The notes below the pieces were generated by a model. The model had not been told where the DNA came from, made no database searches, and saw only the letters and a program-made list of their open reading frames with translations. The position numbers and the translations under genes are program-made. From positions 1,152,001 to 1,216,000 of the forward strand of contig CBDCKW010000009.1 in NCBI GenBank assembly GCA_965218435.1: DNA of 64,000 bases, in the 5' to 3' direction. Shown here in pieces: positions 47,514-61,341 of this stretch (its first letter is position 1; each line of letters opens with the position of its first letter). This DNA is from Truepera sp. GTDB lineage: Bacteria > Deinococcota > Deinococci > Deinococcales > Trueperaceae.

Positions 47514-48477
47514 CCGTATTTACCCTTTGCAGCAGTACCTGAGCGCCATAGAGTGAGGCCCTCGAGCCCAACTCGGCCCACCGCAACGTTACGGTTTCAG
47601 ACGGAATAGGGCGGCGCAGATGGGCGTAAAACGTCTCCCGAAAGTGTTCTTTGGGAAACCCGGGCATCTCCATCACGCCGCCACCGACGAGCGCCACCTC
47701 CGGGTGAAACAAGTTGACGCCGGTTGAGAGCGTCCGCGCCAAGTCGTCAACAAAGGTGCAAAGTATCGGTTCTAAGTCAGAGCGCACCAAACCCTGAGCA
47801 AAAATCTCGCCGACACTGAGCTGTGCCGCATTAGCGATTTGGTTTAAGACACTCCCGCACGCATAGGCTTCAACACAGTCTACGTTGCCGCAAACGCACA
47901 CCCGACCTTCAGCCCGAATAGGGATGTGACCGAGCTCGAGCGCCGCCCCCGTCGCGCCGCGGTAAGGTTCACCGGAGTCCAAATAACAACCTCCGACGCC
48001 CGTTCCGACGAACATCCCAAAAACTGACGCCACACCTTTAACTGCGCCCGCCGTCCATTCACCGAGCGCCAAAAGATTGATGTCGCGCTCGAGCCTCACC
48101 GAGCAGCCGAGTTTTTCGCTCAACCCAGTTTTAAGCGGCGCACCCTCTAAGTTGCGGATGTTGGGACTCGAGACCGCCGTACTCAGTTCACGGTCGGGGG
48201 TAAAGGGGACGCCGATCACGACTCCGGCCAAGTCCAGCTCGTTGTGAGACACATAACGCTCAACTGCCTCAGCTAAAAACCCGATGGGTTCAGCTTGCCG
48301 TAAACGTTCGGTCGGCACCACCTCGCCAGCCGGGTGCGGCCCGTCCCTGCCGATATGCCCGAGGCGTAAGTTGGTTCCGCCCAGGTCGATCACGACGGTA
48401 CTTTTGGCGGTAGAGTTCACAGGTTCCGAGAGGTCAGCAGTCAAGGGGTCACCACGCATCATGTAAGACAATGCCAT
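47506..48477 (-). CDS. ROK-family kinase resembling D-allose kinase
   Basis: DLGGT, RDIN (not ND), ELGH, CVCGN..CVE, GGGVMEMPGFP...LRRPIP as recalled for AlsK. Confidence 0.8.
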   Translation of the reverse strand: MALSYMMRGDPLTADLSEPVNSTAKSTVVIDLGGTNLRLGHIGRDGPHPAGEVVPTERLRQAEPIGFLAEAVERYVSHNELDLAGVVIGVPFTPDRELSTAVSSPNIRNLEGAPLKTGLSEKLGCSVRLERDINLLALGEWTAGAVKGVASVFGMFVGTGVGGCYLDSGEPYRGATGAALELGHIPIRAEGRVCVCGNVDCVEAYACGSVLNQIANAAQLSVGEIFAQGLVRSDLEPILCTFVDDLARTLSTGVNLFHPEVALVGGGVMEMPGFPKEHFRETFYAHLRRPIPSETVTLRWAELGSRASLYGAQVLLQRVNTDG

Positions 48478-48510
48478 AAAAACCGTCTCCGGTGTGTTGC
48501 TGTGCGGCGC

Positions 48511-49449
48511 TCATAATGGGTCAAATGAAAAGGGTTTGCGGAGGGGCAATTCGCTGAACGGCTCGGTCACAGCCCGCCCGCGCTGCCAGAGCGCCGCCCC
48601 GCTCTGACCCTTTTGCAGTAACCCAAACGCGGCAGTAGCTAAACGGCTGGCTAAGAGTCTATCGCTCGCACTCGGACGCCCGCCGCGCTGCGCGTGTCCG
48701 GCGCGGGAGACGCGGATGCGGGTCTCGAGCCTTGCTGAAGCCCTTTCCAGCACACCTAGCAGGTCAGGATAGCCTTCCGAAGCGACGATGAGCGCGTACC
48801 GCTGCTCGGCCACCACCTTTTGCAACAGCATGTAAATATCATCTTCGGAACGTACCTGTTCAGGAACGAGGAGTACATCAGCCCCACCCGCTTCAGCGAC
48901 CGCTTGCGCTAAAAAACCGGTGTCGCCGCCGAGGGTTTCTAAAGCGAACAACCGGGGTAATGACTCCGCCGAGTCGCGCATTCCATCAAGGAGCGTAAGG
49001 CCGGTATTGACGGCCGTGTCAAAACCGATACTCAGCTCTGAAGGGGTCACGTCGTTGTCAATCGTGCCGGGGAGCGCGGCGACGGGCAAAAAAGCGGAGA
49101 GCAGGGCAGCGGCGCGAAACGAACCGTTGCCGCCGACCACCGCGAGATGGCTGATGTTGTTCGCGGCTAAAACCTCTTTGAAGTTTGGTAAAAAGGTGTT
49201 GAAGTCAGGGAGCCTCGAGCTCCCCAAAAACGTCCCCCCGTGGCGCGTGTAGCGGGTGGTCTCGAGCGTACGAAGTGGGGTAAAGTCCGCACGTAAAAGC
49301 CCCCCGAACCCTTCACGAACGCCTAAAACTTGCCAGCGTAAGCGTTCCGCGTGGTCGATCAGCGTATGCACCGCCATGTTCATTCCCGGCGCGTCCCCCC
49401 CCGAAGTCAAAACCGCGAGCGTCGAAACCTGCAGGTCTTCTCGCGTCAT
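48511..49449 (-). CDS. 6-phosphofructokinase (PfkA) family kinase
   Basis: TSGGDAPGMN, GGNGS, PGTIDND, GFDTA, GHAQRGG. Confidence 0.9.
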   Translation of the reverse strand: MTREDLQVSTLAVLTSGGDAPGMNMAVHTLIDHAERLRWQVLGVREGFGGLLRADFTPLRTLETTRYTRHGGTFLGSSRLPDFNTFLPNFKEVLAANNISHLAVVGGNGSFRAAALLSAFLPVAALPGTIDNDVTPSELSIGFDTAVNTGLTLLDGMRDSAESLPRLFALETLGGDTGFLAQAVAEAGGADVLLVPEQVRSEDDIYMLLQKVVAEQRYALIVASEGYPDLLGVLERASARLETRIRVSRAGHAQRGGRPSASDRLLASRLATAAFGLLQKGQSGAALWQRGRAVTEPFSELPLRKPFSFDPL

Positions 49450-50213
49450 GCGTGGGCGCGCTGCCCCAGGCCCTCAGCTCCCATCATCAACTTGACCACC
49501 TCGTCCTCGTCGGTCTCCGTAATGGGGCGCTCGCCCGCTTTCCGGCCACGTTCTAAGACCACGATCCTATCGCTTACCGCAAAGATATCGTTCAAGTTAT
49601 GCGAGATAAAGATGATCCCGACTCCTTGGTCTTTAAGGCGGTGGATCAAATCTACAACCTCACGCTGCTCAGGAACGCCTAGCGCCGCCGTCGGTTCGTC
49701 CATAATGAGCACCTTGGCCTGCCAGTACACCGCGCGGCTGATCGCAATCGCTTGCCGCTGCCCGCCGGATAGGTCACGCACCGGCCGGTTCATCTCATCT
49801 ACGACGATGCCGAGGTCGTAGAGTGCTTTTTTCGCCTCGGCACGCATCGTTTTACGGTCTAGGTATGGCAAGCCCAAAAAGCGTTTCTGCTTTTCACGGC
49901 CCAGGAAGAGGTTGATCCCGACGTCTAGGTTGTCAGCCAAGGCCAAATCCTGATAGATCGTCTCGATTCCGGCCTCGCGCACCCCTTGCGGCGTCTGACC
50001 CACCAGCGAACGGCCCCGGTAGGTAATCTCACCACGGTCAGGTTGATGGACGCCGGAAATCATCTTGATCAGGGTGGATTTGCCCGCACCGTTGTCCCCG
50101 GCTAAGGCCAAAACCTCACCTTCATGTAACTCGAGCGATACCCCTTGCACCGCGTAGGTGCCGCCAAAGCGTTTGTAAACGTCGTTGACTTCTAGCAGAG
50201 CTGTTTTTGTCAT
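49446..50213 (-). CDS. Sugar ABC transporter ATP-binding protein
   Basis: GDNGAGKS, LSGGQRQ, IMDEP. Confidence 0.95.
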   Translation of the reverse strand: MTKTALLEVNDVYKRFGGTYAVQGVSLELHEGEVLALAGDNGAGKSTLIKMISGVHQPDRGEITYRGRSLVGQTPQGVREAGIETIYQDLALADNLDVGINLFLGREKQKRFLGLPYLDRKTMRAEAKKALYDLGIVVDEMNRPVRDLSGGQRQAIAISRAVYWQAKVLIMDEPTAALGVPEQREVVDLIHRLKDQGVGIIFISHNLNDIFAVSDRIVVLERGRKAGERPITETDEDEVVKLMMGAEGLGQRAHA

Positions 50214-51235
50214 GTCAACCTAGCCAAGCGGTCGCGCGACTGATCAATTAAAACCGCGACGATAATAACAAGCCCGACCGCCACGAACTGATAGTAAGGC
50301 GGGACGTTGATAAACACCAAGCCGAACTGAATTACTGCGATAATCAGCGACCCGATGACCGTTCCGCTGATCGTGCCGCTCCCTCCGGTCAAACTTGCAC
50401 CCCCGATAAAGACAGCGGCCACCGCGTAGAGTAGAACAGGTTCGCCTGCTTCGACCGCGCCCGCTGAAAACCGAGAGGTATAGATGATTCCGGCAGCTCC
50501 GGCGGTCAGGGCGCTCATTACATACAAGATCAGCGTGTGGCGCTTCGTAGCGACGCCTGCTCGCACCGCTGCGTTGAGGTTGCCGCCCATCGCGTAGGTA
50601 TAGAGCCCGAACTTGGTCTGTGACAAGAGGTACCGAAACACCAGCGTAAAGACGACGGCGACGAGCACCGGAACCGGGATGACGTTAAAAACGGTGCCGT
50701 TCCCGAATTCGGTCGCCACCGGGTTACTGATCGCAACCGTGCCGCCGCCTGCGACCAGATACGCCATGCCCCTAGCAATCCCGTACATGCCCAACGTGCC
50801 GATAAACGATGGGACGCCCAGCCTCGAGATCATCCAACCGTTGACCAGACCGGGCACCGCTGCCACGATCAGCGCGACGACGAGGCCGACCAAAAACCCT
50901 AAGAGCGGCGGTTGTGCGGCGAGGGCGCGGATCACCACGGCCATCGTGACAGCGGCGAGACCTGCGGTAAAAGCGATGGACAAGTCAATCCCCGCCGAGA
51001 TAATCACAAAGGTCAGACCGAGCGCAATTAGCAAAATCTGTGTCGCCGCCAGCAAAATACTTTGGACACTGTAAAGACGGCCCAAAAAGGTGCCGCCGTA
51101 ACTCACGCGCGCCCACACCTCAAAAAAGATCAGCACCATGAGTAAAAATAACCACGACCAGGCCCCGGTCAGCGCCTTTAAGAACTGCACGCGGCGGTTT
51201 GGGCGGGTGCGTTCGGCGGGCACGCTACGCGCCAC
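50210..51235 (-). CDS. Sugar ABC transporter permease (RbsC-like)
   Basis: GIDLS, PSFIGTLG, GGASLTGG. Confidence 0.95.
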   Translation of the reverse strand: MARSVPAERTRPNRRVQFLKALTGAWSWLFLLMVLIFFEVWARVSYGGTFLGRLYSVQSILLAATQILLIALGLTFVIISAGIDLSIAFTAGLAAVTMAVVIRALAAQPPLLGFLVGLVVALIVAAVPGLVNGWMISRLGVPSFIGTLGMYGIARGMAYLVAGGGTVAISNPVATEFGNGTVFNVIPVPVLVAVVFTLVFRYLLSQTKFGLYTYAMGGNLNAAVRAGVATKRHTLILYVMSALTAGAAGIIYTSRFSAGAVEAGEPVLLYAVAAVFIGGASLTGGSGTISGTVIGSLIIAVIQFGLVFINVPPYYQFVAVGLVIIVAVLIDQSRDRLARLT

Positions 51236-51312
51236 GACCGCCTCCTAATGCAACCATAACGTCCTTTCAAAGATGGGGAGGCTGAACCTCCCCACACGGC
51301 TCTTCCGAACAG

Positions 51313-52284
51313 CTATTCCGAATAGATAAACTTTTGTACGTCGGGATCGTCCACGTTATCAGCGGTAATCAGCGTAAAGCCGGTCCCGATTAAAGGGGGT
51401 ACCGATTCGCCGGTCAGCGCGGCGTAGGCGGTCACAACGCCGTAAAACCCGATTTCAGCCGGGTGCTGGGCGATGGCCATATCAATCAGCCCGGAAGAAA
51501 TGTTATCTACAATCGTTGGCGGCGCGTCGAAGGCGATCACAGTGACGTCCCCTTCTTTGTTCGCCGACTTGACGCCGTTAGCTGCGCCGATCGCCGAAAA
51601 GAGGTTCGCGCCGAACACCCCTTTGAGATCGGGGGTGCGGGCTAAAACGGCCTGAAACTGTGAGGCGGCGGTGCTCGAGTCGTTCTCGTTGTACTGCGTT
51701 TCTAACACCGTCACGTCGGGGTAGTTAGCTTTTAACTCGTCTTTGAAGCCCTGCTCGCGCTGGTCGGTGGTTGAAATCCCCGGCCGGACGTTCGAGACGT
51801 AGACCGAACCTGAACCGCCAATCGCGTCAGCCATCGCGCGCGCGGCGATACGGCCGCCTTCGATGTTGTCCGAGGCGATGTACGAAAGCGGAAAGTCGGC
51901 GTTGCCGCTGCCGGTTTGATACTGACCGTTGCCGATAAAGGTGTCAACCGTGACGACCGGAATCCCCTGGTTGGCTGCACCTTGCAGCGGCGCGATCAGC
52001 TGCGTGCTGTCGGTCGGCGCAATCAAAATCGCGTCGGGTTTACGGGCAATCACTGAGTTGAGCACCGGCACCTGCAAAGTCGGGTTAAACTCTTCAGCTC
52101 CTTGAAAGTTGACGGTAATGCCGAGGGCTTTCGCGGCAGCTTGCGCACCCCGGTTCATGGTGATGTAAAACGCGTCGGTCGTCAGCCCCGGAATCAGGGT
52201 GATGGTAAGGTCTTGTGGATTTGTAGTTTGCGCGAAGCTGATACTTAAGGTGGCAGTGAGGAGGAGGACGAAAAGTTGACGCAT
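51313..52284 (-). CDS. Sugar ABC transporter substrate-binding protein (RbsB-like)
   Basis: Signal peptide, GIPVVTVD, ASDNIEGG, AFD, AQHP. Confidence 0.93.
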   Translation of the reverse strand: MRQLFVLLLTATLSISFAQTTNPQDLTITLIPGLTTDAFYITMNRGAQAAAKALGITVNFQGAEEFNPTLQVPVLNSVIARKPDAILIAPTDSTQLIAPLQGAANQGIPVVTVDTFIGNGQYQTGSGNADFPLSYIASDNIEGGRIAARAMADAIGGSGSVYVSNVRPGISTTDQREQGFKDELKANYPDVTVLETQYNENDSSTAASQFQAVLARTPDLKGVFGANLFSAIGAANGVKSANKEGDVTVIAFDAPPTIVDNISSGLIDMAIAQHPAEIGFYGVVTAYAALTGESVPPLIGTGFTLITADNVDDPDVQKFIYSE

Positions 52285-52609
52285 AGAAGTATCCTTTCTT
52301 GAGAAGATCAAACGGCGAGTAGCTGTGGGTCTTAGCTTGGTGTGATGGTAACGTCCTAAGGTCTACCTCCTCTAGCAGACTTACAACACGCCCGCTTCGC
52401 TCAGTGCGTAGACGAAGGCGTCACAGACAGGGGGCGCTGTGGCCCTCGACGCGGCGCTACTTCCCTGAGTTCTCGAGCGCCTATCTGTATACCCTATGTG
52501 TGTGTGCCAGGTGTAGCCAGGGTATAACCCACAGGTGCCGAGCTTGGCGTGTTGTAACCACTATCCTTATCCTATTGTTCGGATATAGCAAGAGCTTGCT
52601 TTGCCTCTC

Positions 52610-52735
52610 TTAACGTAGGGCTGCCGCCCGCGCCCCGCGCCGAAGGTGGGCCACACGCACAGGCGAGACGTAGAGCCCGACGCCTACCCCTGCGATGAGG
52701 AGAAGCGTGAGTAGTGGCCCTATAAACCTTTTCAA
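52610..52735 (-). pseudogene. Possible N-terminal fragment of an exported protein
   Basis: MKRFIGPLLTLLLIAGVGVGLYVS... ends after 41 aa in a decayed region. Confidence 0.3.
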
Positions 52736-52933
52736 GGTGTTTGCTGGCTCCGGTTCGTAGACAAAGTAATCCAATAGTAGACCAAAACCGCGTCAGAGGT
52801 ATGTCAGGACTTTGCTTCCGGGTGGTTTCAGATTCATGTAGCTAAGAAAGCTGTCGTGCGGGCGGCTCGAGCAAACACGCTATCAAAGAAACCTTGGGAT
52901 TGATAAACACTTTTCGGCACATGCTTTTTCACC

Positions 52934-53811
52934 TTATGACCTCATTATCAAGTGGGTGCTATACCCACTCCGTAGGTAGATCCACGCTTCATAACGGGAC
53001 GGGTCCGTCACCTCGAGGTTATAGCCGGAAAAGTTTGGGGCGACGTTGCCTTTGAGCGCGTTCTCGACTGAACCGAAAGGCGCAGGTTCGACGTCGGGCG
53101 GCTCAGCCGAGGTAAATTCGCCGTAGACGCGGAAGCTGACACCGGCTCTCGAGGCGAAATCCCACAGGTAACCGCCCTCTGGTGCTGGAGTCGACGAGCC
53201 GCCTTCCCAATCGTAAGCCCGGTCACGCCCGGAGTAGCCGGTCGGCCAGGTTTTTCGCACGTAATCGGTGGCGACCGCGCCAACCGACCAGTTGTGCCCG
53301 TCCGGTGAGACTTCAGCGTTGACAAAACAGTTGTCGAACAAGACGAACTGCTCAGCTAGCGCGTGATGGTTGGATGCATTCTCACGACCGAAAAGCACCA
53401 GACTCGGGTCGCCGTCGCCTTGAGGCAGGTCGCCTAAAATCTGATCGTAGGTACGGTTTTCTTTGATGACGTAGATGACGTGTTTGATCGGCGTTGGGTC
53501 CCCTACACGTCGTGGGACAGCCCTTGCTTGCGTTTTCTCCGGCGTCCGGGTAAGTGTTTGCTTCGTCTCGTCGAAGCCGTTATTTTGCACAACTTGGGCG
53601 GTATAGCGGGCCAAAGCGTCCGCACCCGGCACAGGGATCACCGACACCGTACCCCGCGCCATATTGCCGATGTACTGCTCGTCAGGCGGACTTTTTGCAA
53701 GTGTCGGGTTTGCCCCTCTGAGGTTCGGCCCTGCCCCCAAACCCTTCATGTTCGTGACGTAAAGCCGCGCGCCGTCGTCTGAAAGCGCCAAGGTACTCGG
53801 GGCCGTAGGGA
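52934..53811 (-). pseudogene. Fragment of a YncE-propeller/phosphoesterase protein truncated by IS5
   Basis: PIKHVIYVIKENRTYDQILGD, SPDGHNW, GYLWD; no N-terminus, premature end. Confidence 0.85.
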
Positions 53812-54711
53812 TAGAGGATATTTGAGAATCATCTAGTCCTCCACGACTTGCCGTTTGTGGCAGCTAAACGTCTGGTGATGAGGTCACAGCTCGCTAGGTA
53901 GATGAAGGATTTGCTTGAGGAGGTGCGACTACTTTGCTGAAGAAGTAACGATAGACCTTTACGTTCTGGAACCTTTGCCCTTGTCACCAGCAAGTGACGT
54001 TTCCTGCCGTTGACACTTTTAGCGCCGTCATAGCCGTTGTTATGTAAGCTGCCTGCTTTGACCGATTGACTGTCGGCACACCTAGAACGGGCAAAGCCCA
54101 GCGACCCTAGGGAGTGCCTCCGTGCACCTAGAGCTTGTTATGAACCTTGAAGGTTCATTTGAGCTGTTCGGTTAACGCTTAGAAAATCCGTCCTGCTCCA
54201 GCTTTTTGTACTTTCGACGGTATTTTTTTCAGTGTGCTCGGAGCTTAAACGCAGGCCCGAGTCCGAGGTACCGAAACAGCCAAACAATCTACCTGCTGTG
54301 TAGGACGCGCACTCAGCCATTACAATCGTCTTAGAGTTCATAACACGCTCTAGTGGGCCTAGTTTTCCCCGTACTTGGTTCTTGGTTGCGTCCCAGCTTC
54401 TTTCTGAGTTTGCGCCAATGCCCGTCGTCCCGCCACCTGGCAAAGTGATAGTAGACCGTTTGCCAAGGCGGAAAATCTCCTGGTAAGTCACGCCAGGTGC
54501 AGCCGTTTTTCAACAGGTAGCGCAACGCGTTGAGCAGCAAGCGTAGTTGATGGTCCAAAGGTCGTCCCCGCTCTTTTGGGGGCGTCAAGCTCATTAGCTA
54601 AGGCTCCAGAACTGCCCACTCTTCACCTTTTAAGTCTGTTGTATACTGCTTTCGTTTAACCATCAACCCCTGTCTAAACACAGGTGGGGGTTATTTCTCA
54701 AACACCCTCTA
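53812..54711 (-). mobile_element. Decayed IS5-family insertion sequence
   Basis: 17-bp TIRs TAGAGGATATTTGAGAA / TTCTCAAACACCCTCTA (2 mismatches); transposase pieces YTTDL..W, GCTWRDLPGDFPPWQTVYYHF, FIYLAS..ITRRLA, with stop and deletions. Confidence 0.9.
54129..54352. mobile_element. MITE-like element nested inside the IS5
   Basis: TIRs TAGAGCTTGTTATGAAC / GTTCATAACACGCTCTA (1 mismatch), CTAG at both ends, about 224 bp, no transposase. Confidence 0.8.
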
Positions 54712-54927
54712 GATATAAACCAGTACCGACCCGTGGCGATTGGTGTAGACGATATGCGCGGTGGTTCGAGCAGTATACTTAATGCTGAGTACACAAGCTA
54801 CGCTGTAATTATATTCGGTGCATCTTGTAAAATCGGCACAAACTACAGGCAGCACGGCGAGTAAAAAATTTACGTTCGTATAAAATTACGATTTGATTGT
54901 CGTTTGACCGTGTTGTAACTGCGCTGC

Positions 54928-55052
54928 TTGCTTTACGATGACGCTTTACGCTAGACTTTCTCTTGTGAAAAGCACCCTAGCTTCGCCCTTTAGCCGTTAG
55001 CGCAGAGTTTCTGCGCGACCTTTGACGCTGCCCTTTGGGGCGGTGTTTTTTT
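54928..55052 (+). promoter_or_regulatory. pheST promoter, leaderless uORF and intrinsic terminator (candidate attenuator)
   Basis: TTGCTT-N18-TAGACT; GTG uORF 54965-55000; GC-rich hairpin plus T-run at 55024-55052. Confidence 0.55.
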
Positions 55053-55088
55053 GTGGGTTTTAGGGGCTACGAATCAGGAGCTATATAA

Positions 55089-58491
<3,403 letters not shown>

Positions 58492-58495
<4 letters not shown>

Positions 58496-59067
58496 CCCTA
58501 CCGCTTCCCACTCTGACGCCTGTGGACATTTTGCTTCCACTGCTCTGGCTTTTTGTCGTGGTGGTGTCGGCGCAGCGGGGGTTGGTCGGGCTGATCGCGG
58601 GGCTTGCCGGGGCGGTCTTTCTTAAACCGCTCCTTTTACTGGCCAACACCAGTGCGCCGCTCGCGCTCGGGGTGGCGCTCCTGCTCGGCTTTTTGGTAAC
58701 GCTCTTGGTACGACCTTTTCCCACTTTGAGCTACCGCCAACCCCGTTGGGGCTACCTGTTGGGGGCGCTCGGCGGCGCTGTTTTGGGGATAGCTCTGGTC
58801 TTGACGCTGCTTGTCTCGCTGCCCTTAGGCCGCGACCTCAATGGCGCGGTGCAGTACCCCGCCGAAGAGATGCCCTTTTCCGCGCTGTTTGAACGCTCAC
58901 GCCTGGTTGCGTTCGGACGTGCTATTTTGCTGTATCCGCTGCTGGAAAAGCGCGGTGACGTTTCGCCGCAAAACCGGGACGTTTTAAGTGCGCTGCACAC
59001 GATGTTCGTCGTTGGGCAGCCGTGGAAGGAGGCTGAGGGACAACTCTCGAGAAAGCGCAAGCCCTGA
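58492..59067 (+). CDS. Membrane protein (CvpA-like)
   Basis: About 4 TM helices, LGALGGAVLG; coupled to pheT. Confidence 0.6.
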
Positions 59068-59106
59068 GCTGTAGCAGGTTTTATCTCATCCAGTCATCTG
59101 GTCAAG

Positions 59107-59315
59107 AACGCTGTCACTTTAAGCTGATACGTTCCAAATGAGCTTTATAAGATGATATTGGTTGTACAGATGCCGACTATTGCAGTTTAGGTGACGAGGT
59201 GGAGGGCTTTTACACCCGGTTATATGCGCAAACAGCGTGCGGGTCGTAAAAGATAAGGCGATAGTTTTTGTAAGACTGCGCCGAAAATGCGAAATTGTCT
59301 GCGGGCCCCTCCCGT
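59107..59315 (+). ncRNA. glmS-ribozyme-like RNA, divergent core with inserted stems
   Basis: In glmS 5' region; GACGAGG followed by P2-like GGAGGG...CCCCTCC; TCTGCGGG where the consensus has UCGGCGG; P1-like stem. Confidence 0.55.
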
Positions 59316-59478
59316 CTTTTGATGCTCGAGCCGAGCCGGAATCCCAACCGGCGCAAATTCGTTACAAGCAAACCTAAAGGTGTCTCTGTTCTGCAGCTAA
59401 TAGTTCTGCACGTGTTCGTGTGGCTGCGGCTAAGCATGAACAGTTCCTTGACCTAGTTCTTCAATACGGGAGATTTTT

Positions 59479-61296
59479 ATGTGTGGCATTGTGGGTTATG
59501 TGGGACACCGCCAAGCGGCGGAGGTAATTTTAGACGGGCTTAAAAGGCTCGAGTACCGCGGCTACGACTCCGCCGGGGTCGTCATTTCCGGTGACGACGA
59601 CGCACTCCGCGTCACTAAAAGGGCGGGCAAACTCAAAGTTTTAGCGGACGCGCTCCAAACCGAACCCCTTGACGGCACGCTCGGTCTCGGGCACACGCGC
59701 TGGGCGACGCACGGCAAACCCAACGACGTCAACGCGCACCCGCACCTCTCAGAAGACGGCAAGCTGGCCGTGATTCACAACGGCATCATCGAAAACTACC
59801 TGCCGCTCAAGTCACGGCTGCAAAAAGAAGGGCACGTCTTCGCTTCTGAAACGGACACTGAAGTCATCGTGCATCTGATCGAAGCGCACTATCAGGGTGA
59901 TTTGGTCGCTGCTGTGAGAAACGCGCTCTGCGAAGTGACCGGCGCGTACGCGCTCGTTGTCTCGCATAAAGACCACGATCTAATCGTCGCCGCCCGCGCC
60001 ACGAGTCCGATGGTTTTGGGCCTGGGTAACGGTGAAAACTTCGTCGCTAGCGACGTGCCCGCGCTGCTCCCGTACACCCGCGAGGTGATATTTCTGCACG
60101 ACGGTGATATGGCGCTCTTAACCCAAGACGGGATTACGATTACCGATTTCGGCGGTAACGTGTTAGAGCGCAGCGCCACCACAATTGACTGGGACGCCGA
60201 AGCTGCTGAAAAAGCCGGATTCGAGCACTATATGCTTAAAGAAATCTACGAGCAGCCGCGCGTGTTGCAGCACACGCTTGGGGGGCGCTTTGCCAGCAGC
60301 GGAACCGATGTCCAGTTAGGGCTGACCCTCGAGCCCAGCGAGATCGACCGGGTGGTCATTACTGCCTGCGGCACGGCGTACTACTCGGGGATGGTCGGTG
60401 AATACCTGATTGAAAAACTCGCCCGTATCCCGGTAGATGTCGAGATTGCCAGCGAGTTTCGTTACCGTGAACCCGTGTTAGACTCCCGCACGCTCTGCGT
60501 GGTGGTGTCGCAATCGGGTGAGACGATTGATACGCTCGAGGCCCTCCGCGAAGCCAAACTCCAGGGGGCGAAAACGCTTGCGATTCTTAACTCAAAGGGC
60601 TCATCCATCAGCCGTGAAGTCGATGATACGCTCTATATCCACGCAGGCCCCGAAATCGGCGTCGCCAGCACGAAAGCCTACACCGCGATGGTTACCGCCT
60701 TTGAACTGTTAGCCATCTTTTTGGGCCGCGCCAAAGGGACGCTCAGCGGCGAACGCGCCGCCGAAATGATCCGCGCCTTGCGCCAGCTGCCGGGTTTGCT
60801 CGAAGAGACGCTACAAACGCGCGACGAAATCGCCCGAATTGCCGAAACCTATAAAGACAAACGCGATTACCTCTTTCTGGGGCGTGGCGCGAACTATCCG
60901 ACGGCGCTCGAGGGTGCCCTCAAACTCAAAGAAATCTCGTACATCCACGCCGAAGCCTACGCCACCGGCGAGATGAAGCACGGGCCGATTGCGCTCATAG
61001 ACGCCGACCTGCCGGTCGTCGCGGTTGCTACGGCGTCGGCGCTGTACGACAAGACGATTTCAAATTTGCAAGAGGTCAGAGCCAGGGACGGTATCGTCAT
61101 TGCGCTTGCCAGCCAGGGAGACGAACGCATCGCCGCGCACGCCGACGCTGTGCTGTATGTACCGGAGACGCTCGAGCTCCTTTCACCCATCGTCAACGTG
61201 GTGGCGCTGCAACTGTTAGCGTATGAAACAGCAGTACGGCTCGGGCGCGATGTAGACCAGCCGCGCAATTTGGCGAAGAGTGTCACGGTCGAGTAG
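59479..61296 (+). CDS. glmS: Glutamine--fructose-6-phosphate aminotransferase
   Basis: MCGIVG, EYRGYDSAG, HTRWATHG, SQSGET, PRNLAKSVTVE. Confidence 0.99.
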   Translation: MCGIVGYVGHRQAAEVILDGLKRLEYRGYDSAGVVISGDDDALRVTKRAGKLKVLADALQTEPLDGTLGLGHTRWATHGKPNDVNAHPHLSEDGKLAVIHNGIIENYLPLKSRLQKEGHVFASETDTEVIVHLIEAHYQGDLVAAVRNALCEVTGAYALVVSHKDHDLIVAARATSPMVLGLGNGENFVASDVPALLPYTREVIFLHDGDMALLTQDGITITDFGGNVLERSATTIDWDAEAAEKAGFEHYMLKEIYEQPRVLQHTLGGRFASSGTDVQLGLTLEPSEIDRVVITACGTAYYSGMVGEYLIEKLARIPVDVEIASEFRYREPVLDSRTLCVVVSQSGETIDTLEALREAKLQGAKTLAILNSKGSSISREVDDTLYIHAGPEIGVASTKAYTAMVTAFELLAIFLGRAKGTLSGERAAEMIRALRQLPGLLEETLQTRDEIARIAETYKDKRDYLFLGRGANYPTALEGALKLKEISYIHAEAYATGEMKHGPIALIDADLPVVAVATASALYDKTISNLQEVRARDGIVIALASQGDERIAAHADAVLYVPETLELLSPIVNVVALQLLAYETAVRLGRDVDQPRNLAKSVTVE

Positions 61297-61341
61297 CGGC
61301 GCAGTGGTCTAACTTTTGTCGAATTTTTGTTGCTGACCGAG

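Noticed and set aside
54138..54491. 117-aa ORF in the IS5 region
   Set aside because: Off-frame read across transposase remnant and MITE
54960..55060. T-box riboswitch before pheS
   Set aside because: No GGTGGNACC T-box motif and the leader is too short for stem I
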